A DNA stretch of 63,983 nt, filler included, from Asterionella formosa (taxonomy: Eukaryota), in the NCBI GenBank assembly GCA_002256025.1. It is 22 parts of 22 records of this genome, joined end to end, with 100 filler letters (N's around TTAATTAATTAA, not from the genome) between each part and the next. Parts side by side here need not be neighbours in the genome. Positions count along the whole stretch, not along the records: positions 1 to 19,130 come from NKIB01003821.1; 21 more parts are not named here. The stretch is one strand, 5' to 3'. A program made the translations under genes and the position numbers. The notes beneath the pieces were generated by a model. That model saw only the letters and a list, made by a program, of their open reading frames with translations. It had not been told where the DNA came from and made no database searches. Every line of letters begins with the position of its first letter. Within the stretch, counting starts at the first letter, position 1. Shown one piece after another: positions 1 through 11,900 of this stretch.

Positions 1-172
1 TGTTCTTATTATCATTATACTTCAAGGAGTAAAATATTAATAAATCATCATAGTTATAGGATACCTTGATCATAGTTTTAATCCAAAAATTAATCATATA
101 TACGAAAATCCTGTGCCACTTAGAGTACGATACCCTTGATCCTATTTTCATGATACTTTTTATTTTCAGATG
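1..172 (+). mobile_element. Right end (subterminal region + terminus) of a CATCTG-ended DNA transposon family; element continues off the contig
   Basis: Near-identical inverted copy at 18959-19130 and a diverged direct copy at ~7260-7419. Ends ...ttttcagatg followed by TA, and truncates the Copia remnant that starts at 173. Confidence 0.7.
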
Positions 173-1960
173 TATTTGGACAGTTGGGCAACAAATCCTT
201 TTCAATGATCTTGATATGTGCTTGGGTGCTTGGTCGTCCAATTATTTTTTGTATCTTACAATCTAATACGGCTTTTGAGTAGTCTCGCTGAGATTATTTA
301 ACACGGTTATTGTCTACTGTATTCACCAATGTCACATCAATGTTATCATTGTTTTGTTGAGTTTTTGTATCCATGTAGTAGAGGCCTTTGTCTGATTCCT
401 TAAAGACACGCACAGTACCATCTGATTTATGCCCATGAAAAGCATTTCCTTCTGAGCTATCATATGGGACTTGGTACCCATGTTCCTTCACATGGGCCAA
501 GGATAAAATATTTGCTATTCTGTTGGTTTTGTACCATACTGTTACCTATCCAGGTAGATCGCGAAAAAGTGTGGTAGTGGCAATCCCTGCATTACAGTGG
601 ATGTCCAGTTTCTTATGATGTTTTTGAATATTGATAAGATGTTCTTTGTTGTAAACACATCGACAGTGGACTGGTTATCAAGAAGTATTCAACTTTTTGG
701 CAACTGTCCATCACTCCCAATTTGCATAATAACTTCATCATTCAAGGTCTCGATTTTTTGCTTAAAAAAATGGAAATGCAAGTTGCTGTTGAATTCACCA
801 TTAGATACTCCATCCATAAGCAAAGTTGTGGCAGTCTGTTTCTCAATCGATAGTTCTGTACTAGGCATTGATGTTGCTGGTGGCTTGTCTTCATTTCATT
901 CGATGGCGTATTGTCCCTTTTTCTGGCATTTATTGCAGGTCACATTAGTTTTTCCTTTCTGTCTTTCCCTTTCTCCATTATTGAGCAGCATTGAATCACC
1001 TCCATCGATAGTGTTGAATGACACTTCATGGCCAATGGGGCCCACCTCGCAGAGACCAAGTCGGGGATCCTGTTTCCAATTGATGATTAGATGATAGGCG
1101 GCTGACACAGTGGTTGGGAAATTGTTGCGCCCCTGTAGATAATCATTCTCCATATTTTCGACAAGTTTTCCATATTGGAGATGATTGGCACCAAGTAGGA
1201 ATGCAACTGCCATTGGCCTGATCAATCCTTTATCTCTTCTTTTAAATCAATCAGCTCTGCTTCTGATAAGTTATCTTTGCTTTTCTTTCCAAGAATCATC
1301 TTCTCAACTCCACTGTACTCGCCAATACTCCCACCACTGTGCTGGATCACATCTATCATGTTCTGGAATTGTTCCAGATAAGCTTGTGTTTTAGTTGTTT
1401 TGCTCCCTTGAAAAAGCATGAAAAACCTATCCTTAGATTCATATAACAAGTGCTGCAGATATTTTTGACTCTGGAAGTTGTATGTAACATCTTTAATTGC
1501 TCTGAGTAACATTAGTCCATCACCAGTGGTAGACATTTGACCAAATGTGTCCATTGCCTCTACCCTTTGTTGCACAATGTTTGTACATTGCCCCCACACA
1601 AGGGAGTATAGAGTGCTAATGTTATCTTTGAGATAAGCTGTCCGTTTGACATGCTCATTGACTTTTTTCTCCCAGATCCTATTTTCGGTCCATGTTGCCC
1701 CCACCGGCGGGTATTTTGACATGTAAATGGCAACCATTTCAAAATTCTCGACCACCAGGCAAATGTCGCCACCATACTTGTATGTTCTTCCAACATAACC
1801 GGCAATCCCTTTGATAGTCTTTGCAAACAAATCTGATTGTCTTGCATCAGAACAATCATATATGTTCCCTTTAAGGTCGTCGCATTTTCCCTCAAATTTT
1901 GTGGGGATGATTCGATCTGTGGAAATTGAGAACTAATATGATCCTTTCTTCTTTAGGTCT
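173..1960 (-). pseudogene. Degenerate Ty1/copia (CoDi-like) gag-protease-pre-integrase remnant
   Basis: Minus-strand motifs across frameshifts: KFEGKCDDLKGNIYDC (gag), zinc knuckle VTCNKCQKKGQY, protease ILLDNQSTVDVF, FKESDKGLYY, and LVNTVDNN...IIGRPST...LLPNCP. Confidence 0.85.
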
Positions 1961-2039
1961 ATGTTCTCCTAATTAAAATAGAATGAGCCAATTTTTATGC
2001 TCATTAATCTACACTGGTAGTCATGAAATTTCTGACATC

Positions 2040-3207
2040 GGTGACCCACTTGTCATTGTGACCTAATAATTTTGTCTTACCATATGCTGTTTTTGTCTCA
2101 CCATCTGACAACTTTGTCTTGCCATCTGTTAGTTTCAACATAACACACCAGAGGATGCATCGCTATGAAATTTTTTTCTGTCCCTGGGCTTATCCCAGTG
2201 CCCTCATGAATCCTGCATTTTCTTTGGTTCTCCTATGCTTAGTTCCCTTCCCCTTTATGTGGGCATATATGTGGACGATTTTGCCTACTTCTCTGTTAGT
2301 GATGAGGTTGAACAGTGGTTGAGGCCGCTGTGGCAGCTGATCTCTGGGTTGACTTCATGGGTCCCATCTCATGGCTCCTTGGTATCTACTTTGCCTGGCA
2401 CCCCAACACCTCCACTGGTCACCTCAGTGTTCAATTATCCCAGAAGGCTCACCTGTGCAATCTCCTTGACCTGTTTGATATGGTGGATTGTCGCCATGCC
2501 CCTACCCCTTATCGCTCTGGCCTGGTTTTTGACCGCATTGTGCCTGATGGTGCTGAACTTTCTTCCAAAGCCCATGCCGCCATGCATTATTACACAGTAC
2601 CAGTCACTCATTGGGACTCTCAATTGGCTGGCTGTCAGCACACATCCTGATGTCTCTGTGGCCCTCACTCTCCTGGCTCAGCACAACTCCTATGCCACCC
2701 CTGCTCTTCTTTTAGGTGCCAAATATGTGTTACATTAAATGGCTGGCTCTACCGCTCATGGCATTGCCTTTGCCTCGCAATTTGCTTTCTCATACCTCTC
2801 CACCAACTTTGGTTGGCCCAAGGACACTCCCACTCTCACCACTTAGTACACTGATGCCAACTGGGGCCCCCAAGATGCTTCCAAACCCAACCCCACCGAC
2901 ATCATCTCTCTTGAAGAGTGTTGCTCCCTTCTTGGTTCCATCAGTACACGTACAGGTCGCCCCATAGCCTGGCATGCCATTTGTGAACCTCGTGTGAGCC
3001 GCAGTACCTGCGAATCTGAAAACAAATCTGTGGATGAGGGCACCAAGGTTACCCATTTTATCAGCCATATCCTTAGTAGAAACCTCTACACGCCTGATGT
3101 CACTCTCCCCACCCCTCTTTGGAATGACAGCAGAGGTGCTGTGGACTGGTCCCACAACTGTGCTAACAAAAAGATGTGGCATATTAATATCTGGTGCAAC
3201 ATGGCTG
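2040..3207 (+). pseudogene. Degenerate Ty1/copia reverse transcriptase-RNase H (5' part), interrupted at 3208
   Basis: YVGIYVDDF, VDFMGPISWLLG, TPYRSG, YQSLIGTLNWLAVSTHPD, TDANWGPQD, RSTCESE and WNDSRGAVDW...KKMWHINI, with several frameshifts and stops. Confidence 0.9.
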
Positions 3208-3959
3208 CATCTGCAAATAAGAGCCATCATATTCCTATGATGCATCATAGGATTATAATCATATGATAATAATTTTTTGATATATTATCTAATAATTTTG
3301 ATAAATGCCCTAGTGATTTTAATAGTAACCCTTTTGACTATGGAAATCTAATTATTAAATGTATTGTTTCTTTCATGTTCCTTTATTTAAATTTCTTGGT
3401 AGGATAACGTCATACCAGCTATGGTAATGTGGTTTGGCTCATCATCCTCTCCAGTCCTGCCTCACTTTGATTCTTGCAACAATGACAAAGCAGCCATGTC
3501 GAGAGGAACGAGTGTTTGTGATAAAACCTTCATTTGTCGTTCAAATCATCATAGGTCTTCGATGAATCATCATCTACAGTGCACAGTATGTTCGTATGCA
3601 ATCCGTTAAGAGCTTGAAAAGAAATTCAATTAAAACGAAATGGCTTATCACACAAGACGAATTTTTCCGGCCAGTCTTTCACCAGAGCATCGATCAGTGT
3701 TACAACCTCAATCATAGCTAAACAACATCCATTATAGAACAGCACAATCTACTTCTCCATAATCTCCGTAACATCGTCTCTCTAACAAGAACATAATACA
3801 TCTAGAATTGAAACGCAGCATAGAAGGCGATATGCACAAAGAAGCATGAGACTGTGCCGTCTATTTATAGTAACAGAGTGATTTTGGTTTCGTAATTTTC
3901 ATGTCTCATTAGATTTTCTTTGTCATCCTTCTAGTTCCTTACCTTTAAAGACAGGAGCG

Positions 3960-4650
3960 TATTCTTTGATGTAACTGGAATATTTCAATGGATGGCAGCA
4001 GTTGGTATTAGACACAAACCTCAACAAAAGCACTAGTACCTTGTAGATGTTCATAAAAAGCAAGACACTTTGCTTGGCCTATCGCCCACCAGCCAGTCTA
4101 TACTGCAAAAATGCAAGAAGCACAAGTTGAATGCCCATTTATGGATTCAAGTTTCAGTAGTGCAACAATGTAAAATATTAGAAACCGGAAGTCACATTTC
4201 ATCTAGTAATTACGGTTTTCATTAGCTATACTAGCTAGTATTGATTGAGAGGAACAATGGTAGAATGGCTGCCAAACGGGCGGGGGAAAACACAGAGAAT
4301 CCTACTAATTTTTCTCCCCAATGATTCCAGACCCTTCTTGGATGTCACTTGCTACAGAAAATGGAGAACAGCCGCCATGATCTGTTGATTGTTGCTGTAT
4401 GGTGCCACTGACCAAAACCTCCAGAAATCTCAATGAGTTGCTTGTTTCTTGACTTTAATGCAAAAGGGATCGAAACCAGTGGAAAAATCAAAACAAGGGA
4501 ACTAAATACGCTCTACAACATCAGGACAATTGTGAAAGAGAAACGAAGGTTCTTGGGAGGAGAAGTAAAGGGATAATTGCTTCTCTTCTTGCGGGAACAA
4601 GAATATATTGACCCAAACAATGTTGACAAATACTAGGTACCTCCCGGAAA
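3960..4650 (+). pseudogene. Decayed IS630/Tc1/mariner-like transposase fragment
   Basis: Translated pieces WMAAVGIRHKPQQKH*YLVDVHKK (cf. WMxxLGFxY..RK.YYVDGHE), HLWIQVS, MENSRHD and FLGGEVKG*LLLFLREQEYIDP (cf. GWxGKPKGxLQxLxERGxID). Confidence 0.6.
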
Positions 4651-5859
4651 AGGAAGCACTCATGCTTTCGGCATCATCAATCTATACACAAGCCTGTGTC
4701 ACCTGATGTCGTCAATATAGCTACCTCGACTTCATCAATGAAGAAGTCGATGGGTGCTGGAGCATGTGAGGAAAATTGGGGTTGAGGTTTTCTTGACGCC
4801 AACGTGGACCTGCTTGGATGAACTTGCAGATGAAGGCATTGAGATACCTGGGCCTGTGAAGCCAAAGGATAAAGAAAAATCTATGACAAGGGTGGTGAGA
4901 TAGTGTCTAGGAGCAAAAGTTATCATAGCTGAACGCATTCGAAAATTCGTATAGACAATAAATGGAGGCATACCATGTCTGCTCTTGGCTGACAGTTGCC
5001 AAGTCAATGTACAAACACAACAAGCAAGGGTGCAGAAATAAAGACGGTTGACTGGCTGATACATAGTTTTGAGACTCACCATTCTGCAATGGGGTGGACT
5101 TTGATCATCGCTTTGTTCGAAGCACAATCAATTCGAATGCTGTCCGGTGAAACAGCCAATGAAAACAATTGTGGCGAAAAAGCGCAGAACAGATCAAGAG
5201 ATTTCATAGGAATTAAAATAAGAGGGCATATATGATGCACTGCTCATTTTGTAGACTATATTTGATCATTTCCATATTTCATATACAGGTGCATGGATGA
5301 CTCCTCCCGCCTCCTCCCTTTCATTAGAAATGCCATGTTGCGATAATTCTACAAGACTTATAGGATTGGTAGTCTGGTGGTCATCATTTTCTCATGGTAT
5401 ATTCCAGTAGTAGTCATGTATGCATGCATGCTGTGATAATTCTTACAAGACATAAAAATTTGGTAGCTTGGGGATAATCACTTACGTACTGTATACAGGG
5501 GCGGGGTGCATGCACGAGCAACTACTCCGGTATAAACAATGATCTTTAATCAATAAATTTTGATTCCTTCATCCTATACCTTTGAGCATAACATATTGAT
5601 CATATGATAAATGGTGTTGTTGATGAGAAAATGAAAGATCAAAATTTATTTTCAAGAATCAGGATTAATTGATCTTAGAAATATGATCAAATGATCCTAA
5701 ACACATGAGGATATTCATTTTCCGCTGCACTATTGTGATATTCCTATGATAAAAGTAATACCCAGGAAGTATACAGTACTACTGGCAGGCCATATGAATT
5801 TTTCGAATGTATTTGGTCAATGTGTCTATATACATAAATGTATGATTCAACCACTGACT

Positions 5860-6990
5860 TGTAGGTGCTAGAATTGACATAAAACAAATTGAAAAAATTC
5901 AACAGGTCGTGGAAAACTATGAACACATCATGCATTGTATATATTTAAATTATGTATAATTAAAATGGATGTTAGTATACAGAGGATGTGCCGTTTAATG
6001 AGCGTGTTTTAAAACTATGCAAATGTTCAATTATGTATACATTTAAACTTACAAATCTTTATATACATATACATGGCTGAAACATTTGAAATCATGTTTT
6101 CATGTTCCTTGTCATGCATACACTTTGCTCCTGAAATGAAGGATAATCACACATGATGATGCGGAAAACGAAAGTGATAATACAACACAATGATACTTGC
6201 GACCGGCTTAGAAGGAGTGACTATGGAAAAGGGCGGAATCAATTGATGGTAACAAGTCAAGAGCAAGTGCCTTTCATGTTCCTTGTCATGCACACACTTC
6301 CTGAAAGGAAGAATCTCAAGCAACACATGATGCAAAAAACTGAAGTGATAATACAAAATAATGATACACCATGCGGCTAAGAAGGAGTGAATATTATGGA
6401 GAAGGGCGGAATCAACAAGCTGTGCATAGCATGCATCATGGTTTGTCAAGAGCAAAAGCCAGGATGATGAATTGTTGGGATTACAAATACAGAAGTACTC
6501 ATCCCCTTTCAGTGATTCAATAGCTCCTTTTCGATTTGGTGGCCAACCATCAATGCAGACAAAAGAAATCGGAAAGTGCTATCATCCTTGGATCAATCTA
6601 CAACTGTTAGAAATACTGACACATGTGTATAGCTTCTTTCAGGATAATGATAGACAAAAAGTTTTTGTAAGTTACAAACAAAGGCAGCATTGGAGCCCAT
6701 TTTTTGATCGATACTTTCTTACTCAATCTTCAACTGACACACTATTTTACAGAAATATGCATCAGTTACTTCCTCAATTTGTGGTAAGTGAAGATAGAAG
6801 CAAAATGCATGTTGTTGTGTAAGCAAAACATGAACAGCTAACAATGATTTGCTTCTCTTTGTTATATGATTTGGACAACGAAACAGATTAATAAGTAATT
6901 GGAAAATGCGTGAACGCAAACTCAGATCCATCAAGAATAAACGCAAAGCATGGGAACAACAAGGGTAAGAAGGCAACCAGTACTACTAGT
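5860..6990 (-). pseudogene. Unidentified degenerate gene inside the transposon, homologous to contig 39731-40913; includes a ~145-bp internal duplication (6098-6242 / 6273-6414)
   Basis: Collinear nucleotide similarity to 39731-40620 and matching minus-strand peptides TKRSKSLLAVHVLLTQQHA vs TMRRNDLLARHAKLTQHHA. Confidence 0.45.
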
Positions 6991-7419
6991 AGAACAACCT
7001 TCAGAATTCGATTGGGGGGAAGGTGGAAGTGAAAGCACCAATCCTTGCAATGGGAGCATTGTAGAACATTCTGTAGCCACTCAAGATATAGAATCTTAAT
7101 TATAGTTCTAAATTTTCATCCATTTCATCCTATTTTAGACAGTGATATTGATGAGAATTACAATCATGCTAAGATAGATGGATGACAAAAGTATACACAT
7201 CATATGACCATGTTTAACTAATTATATGATGCAATGGTATTATAACTATGATAGTATCATCATACTTCAAGCTTGGTAAAAGTTTACTGCATGATCATAA
7301 TTATATGATACATTGATCATATTTTTGATCCAAAAACTGTCATATATGTAAGAATCCTTTGCCACTTAGTGTACGATACCCTTGATCCTATATTCATGAT
7401 AGTTTTTTATTTGCAGATG

Positions 7420-7588
7420 TGTGTGCGATGCTCACCAGTTTACCGACATCTTTGTTGCCCACCTCCCAGGGGATACCGGTACCAATGTTTCTGATCTGTT
7501 CACCAAAGAACATAAAGATGATGCCCATTTTCTCCGCCTCCGCAATTTTATTGTACCATCTCATGGGAATATTCTCACTTGAGGGGGG
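7420..7588 (+). pseudogene. Remainder of Copia RNase H plus polypurine tract
   Basis: VCDAHQFTDIFVAHLPGDTGTNVSDLFTKEHKDDAHFLRLRNFIV…stop, then GAGGGGGG (7581-7588) immediately before TGTTG. Confidence 0.85.
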
Positions 7589-7750
7589 TGTTGGTACGGG
7601 TTACTCCAAATCCTACCAAGATTCCTGTAAGTGCTCAATTCCCGTAAGTCCTGGTCCCTCTACAGCTAGTTATATACTGCTTTAGCATCTCAGTTCCTTG
7701 TTAATTTAGCTGCCGTTGGAATACGTTGCAAGCGTTTCTCACTCTCAACA
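7589..7750 (+). mobile_element. 3' LTR of the Copia element
   Basis: Follows the PPT directly; TGTTG...CAACA inverted termini; internal TATA-like ttatata. Right boundary inferred from the terminal motif only. Confidence 0.65.
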
Positions 7751-7995
7751 TACACAACTACCTACTGGTAATGTAGTTTCAGGATGCACCCAGGATTACG
7801 AAGGAAAAGCAACATCATAGCTAAATAATTATTTTCAAGTGTCTACGAGGACCAATGGAATCATGGCATACCGTGGCACGTCACTGTGTCTATGTCTAAA
7901 AAATCATTGGTTGTTGGTGCCACCTCGAAAAACATTTACAGGGTGGGCCAAGACAACCATTATGCGGTATAAGGTATTTGGGCGTTGTGTACCAG

Positions 7996-8085
7996 GCAAG
8001 TCGCGGAAATTTTGCTGAAACTAAATCTTTAGCTATCTTTATCAAAGATTGAAATGTTGGTTTAAGCAAAATGACCGCAACTTGC
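7996..8085. mobile_element. ~90-bp mini-MITE (GCAAGTTGCGGTCATTTTGCT-type TIRs)
   Basis: Inverted termini gcaagtcgcggaaattttgct / agcaaaatgaccgcaacttgc. Related copies at ~22047-22130, ~30659-30740 and ~31208-31289. Confidence 0.65.
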
Positions 8086-8970
8086 AGGTATGGTACCTGG
8101 TACCTGGAACCCTCCTCCCGCGCTCTGTAAAAATTCATCCTTTTCAAAATCAACGATCGAGCACGTCAGGCATGACACACGACGTGCATATCTCTATCTA
8201 TGCCCCATTGGTTAGGACCAGATAGACTGTACACAGATTTGGTACACTTCTTCTATCTTGTGCTTGAGATGTCTTGGCACAGTGCTAATCTGCAAAAGCC
8301 CGTCCCTCGCCGATTTCATACATTGCAGAATTGCAGTACGGTATTTTGATTCAATTAAAATTATCGCATACCGCGTAAACTTTAGGGACCCGGACCCCAC
8401 CCATGTACACTGCTGTGACTGAATTTGACTGATTTTATCTAATGGTACACGATCAACATATTTTCACTAGCCACGTGGGGAAAATTTTCCAATCCGGAGT
8501 TCCATTCGTCTTCAGCAAAGCTTACCGGTATTTATTATAAAATTTCGATGATACATGATGACTTACCGCCCGATAACTTCAGGAAATTTTCAATTCTAAA
8601 TTTTGCTTCGATGATGGTAATGACCTGGTACCTGGTACCAGGTACCGGTACCTAAGATAAATACCCTTGTCAAAAAGTTATATGCATCATGCTGACTCTC
8701 GACATCCAGGCTCGGCATATAATATATGTCATATCAACAATGTGCATCCGCTTTTCAAAGATATCACAAAGAATATTTATTTAAACAGTTATCATGTGAG
8801 TATTTTATATGCTATATTTAAGAACATTTTGAACATCATACCATTTAAATATATCGGCGGCCGGGAACTAAACTTGAACTGAAGCCGAACTGAAGCCGAA
8901 CATAGATTGTTCCACAAATTTTTTGAAAGAAGATACCATTTCAGGCGGCTCCATTGAGGAAAGGTGAGCA

Positions 8971-11900
8971 ATGGTGTCCCTCCGAAATGAGCAAGCCCGT
9001 TGCTGCACGATCTATCCACCTACTCCTAGTCGGAATGCCAATCAAAAGTTGTGTCAGACTAAATTTAGTATCGACGAGTATCCACTTTTGAAAAAGGATT
9101 TTGGCAGCTCGGATACCTATGACATACCGGTATCTTTGGCGAGGACGAATGCAGAGTCCTCGACAGCAGCTGATAGCAGGAGTGTGTCATCAGATCCCTC
9201 AATAATCTGTACTGAAACGTCTGCTGAGACTACCAAGAACATAAGTTTGGGACTTGCCGTTGTGCCTTCAACTTTCGCCCCTGACGATATCATTATCACA
9301 GAGTCATCCTTGGATATCAAGGAAAGGTTTGAATCTGTGCTGTCATCGGATCCACCAACTGAATATGAGGTGGAAACTGAGTCTGAACAAGGAAGGTCCA
9401 ACTTAAGGATTGGACGAAGGTGCTGGTTCAAGAAGGATACGCAATATGTCGACCTTTCGCGTTCGGACCTGCACACTCCGACTACAACAAAGGAAGTTAT
9501 CGTTGCATCAGATATGCTGTCAATCTTGAAGAAGAATTCAGATTCCTCCAAGACAGCTCAAAATAGTACCGGTAATGTGGTATCACGTCCTTCGACGAGC
9601 AGTTCTGCTCAAATCGCTAAGATTGTTGGAAGGGTAATGCAATGCACGAGTGTAAGGGAGGATATCTCGGTCACTGAGTCATCAATTCTTGTCAAGACAA
9701 GCTTTGGCAACAATGTAGATTCCTCAATGGACACTGAGAATCGTGTTATGGCTTCACTACCTTCAAAGAGCAGTTATGCTGATAACATTGCTGAAAATTG
9801 TAAGAAAGTGGGAATGGTCACAGAGTCGTCAATGATTGCCGAAACAAGCTTTGGTACGAAATCAGATTCCTCAATTGAAGCTGAGAACCGTACCGTGGCC
9901 TCACTTCCTTTGACAAACAGTCATGCTGTTACTGCTATGAGTACTACGAGTTTGGGAAGGGTAGTGCATCCTACCAGTGTTTCCAAGGAAATCTTGATCA
10001 CAGATACGAGTGTATCCAAGGAAATCTTGATCACAGAGTCACCAATGATTGTCGAGACAAGTTTGGTACCTGAGCCATGGACGGGTCCATCAGCTGAGGT
10101 TGAAGTGGGTAGCACCCCCAAAGGGCGAAGATCAAACTCGATTGGACGTCGTCGACGGTTACGAAGTGGTTTGCAAGGCGAGCGTTTGACATCTACCAAG
10201 TTGGACGGCAGCGATTCCACAGGTGAAAGTGTCGCTCTCCCTGAACTGGATCCGGAGCTGACGACAAGGACTACTTCTTATATCAGCGACGATGTTGTTC
10301 CAATAGAACGTGCGAGAATGTCAAATACAAGCGGACATTTTGATGAGTCTCTACTCCAATCAAAGGCACATGTGTTCTCATCAGATTTGCCTCTTGCTTG
10401 CTCGTCTACCACGAGTCGCTTGCAACAAGTAATTTCACGAAGCAAGTCTCTCTCACGTCTTCCATCCAAAGCTGCAAGGAAAAAGCACTTTTTCGGGAAC
10501 ATTCGATCCTCGTCCTTGGGTCGCACTGTGTCGAGAATGGAACAATCAGAGCAAAACTCACTCGCCGGGGATGTTGTGAATGATGTGCAAGCCACATTGA
10601 AACAAATGCAGAGTGAGCTTGAGAGAGCTACCAACCAGGGAAAGCGAGTCTCAAGGGAACACGTAATTGAGGCTTTGCAAAATGTTATGGGCAAATTGAA
10701 TGCTGCTGAACATGATCGCCGCCCCAAGTCGCCATGGGTAGCAAAGATTTTACAATCTGATGAATCCGTCTCAATTGCTTCATCGGGGACATTTGACACC
10801 AGTAAAACCTCAATGCAAGGAGCGTCGTGGTGGAGAAATTGTCCCAAGGAGAGGCCAAAATCAGTACATTATTTGTCGCTGGACGAAGATCGGTTAGCTT
10901 GGAATTCCTTGTTCAGTGACCTTATCTACCCTTTCCAGTCCATTGTTCCCTCACTCTGTGATGCAACTGAAGTGGACGATCCTATGAGGAAGGCAAGAGT
11001 TTTGCGATCAAACACGAAAAACAGTTCAGGATACATTTGGGATGAGTTTACTTCAGTTCTAATTGACCTTGCATCACAATTCGATTGCTCTTACCCTGTG
11101 GTTCCTCAAAAGGGCAAGAAGTGTCGATCAATTAAGCAACGGAAACTTCAACGTACGTGGTCACAAAAGATGCGGAGAATATTATTCAAGACAAAGGTGA
11201 AACAGGGAGGAAAGAATTTTAGACCTTCGCGTTCAGCTAATATGACACATAATCAAAGATCACCGAAAAGGGACGTCCTTAGTGTTCAAAATGCGACTGT
11301 AAACTCGAACGGAATCTCAAATCAACAGCAAGCCATTACCCCGGGTAATGTCAATATTTCCATTGCAAAGCAAATTGCTGCTTGTTCGTCGGAAGTGGCA
11401 AAAGCAACCATAAATTACCCAGCAGCTGAAAATGATACTCCAAGCGACTCAAGTGTTTCGACTCCTTCCAATGATGTTGAAATTGTCTATCAGGAATCGC
11501 TGCAAGGAAACATCAGCAATGATAATTTGCCCTGGGTGGTCATTGTGCAAACAGTGACTGCAACCACGATATCGGGCAAAGAGTCAGTACAGGAAGGAGC
11601 AGAGAACACAATCAGTGGTTCGGATGGCTTGCCACCACGTTCTGTGGCATTTGAAAGGAAGAAGAAAAGTGAACCTCGCAACCGAACCTTTCGTGAGTTC
11701 AAGTCATTTCGAAAGAAGATTGTGAAAGCCGCGAGAAGTACTTCGAACATGAATGGGCTCTCCAATCATGGCTTCTTTGGAAGGTCTCTCAGGCGCAATT
11801 CGATGAGGCTAGACAATCCTAATCCTATTCCAATCTCCAACATGGTAGTGATTTCAACACCACAACAGCCTCCTATTTCCTCATCACCAGATCGAGGAAG

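Larger units (their letters stand above)
3208..7419. mobile_element. ~4.2-kb DNA transposon with short TIRs (CATCTGCAAATAA...TTATTTGCAGATG) nested in Copia RNase H
   Basis: 13-bp inverted termini at 3208 and 7419. The Copia RNase H reading frame stops at 3207 (…NMA) and resumes at 7420 (VCDAHQF…NVSDLFTKE). AT-rich, ATGAT-rich subtermini. Confidence 0.8.
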
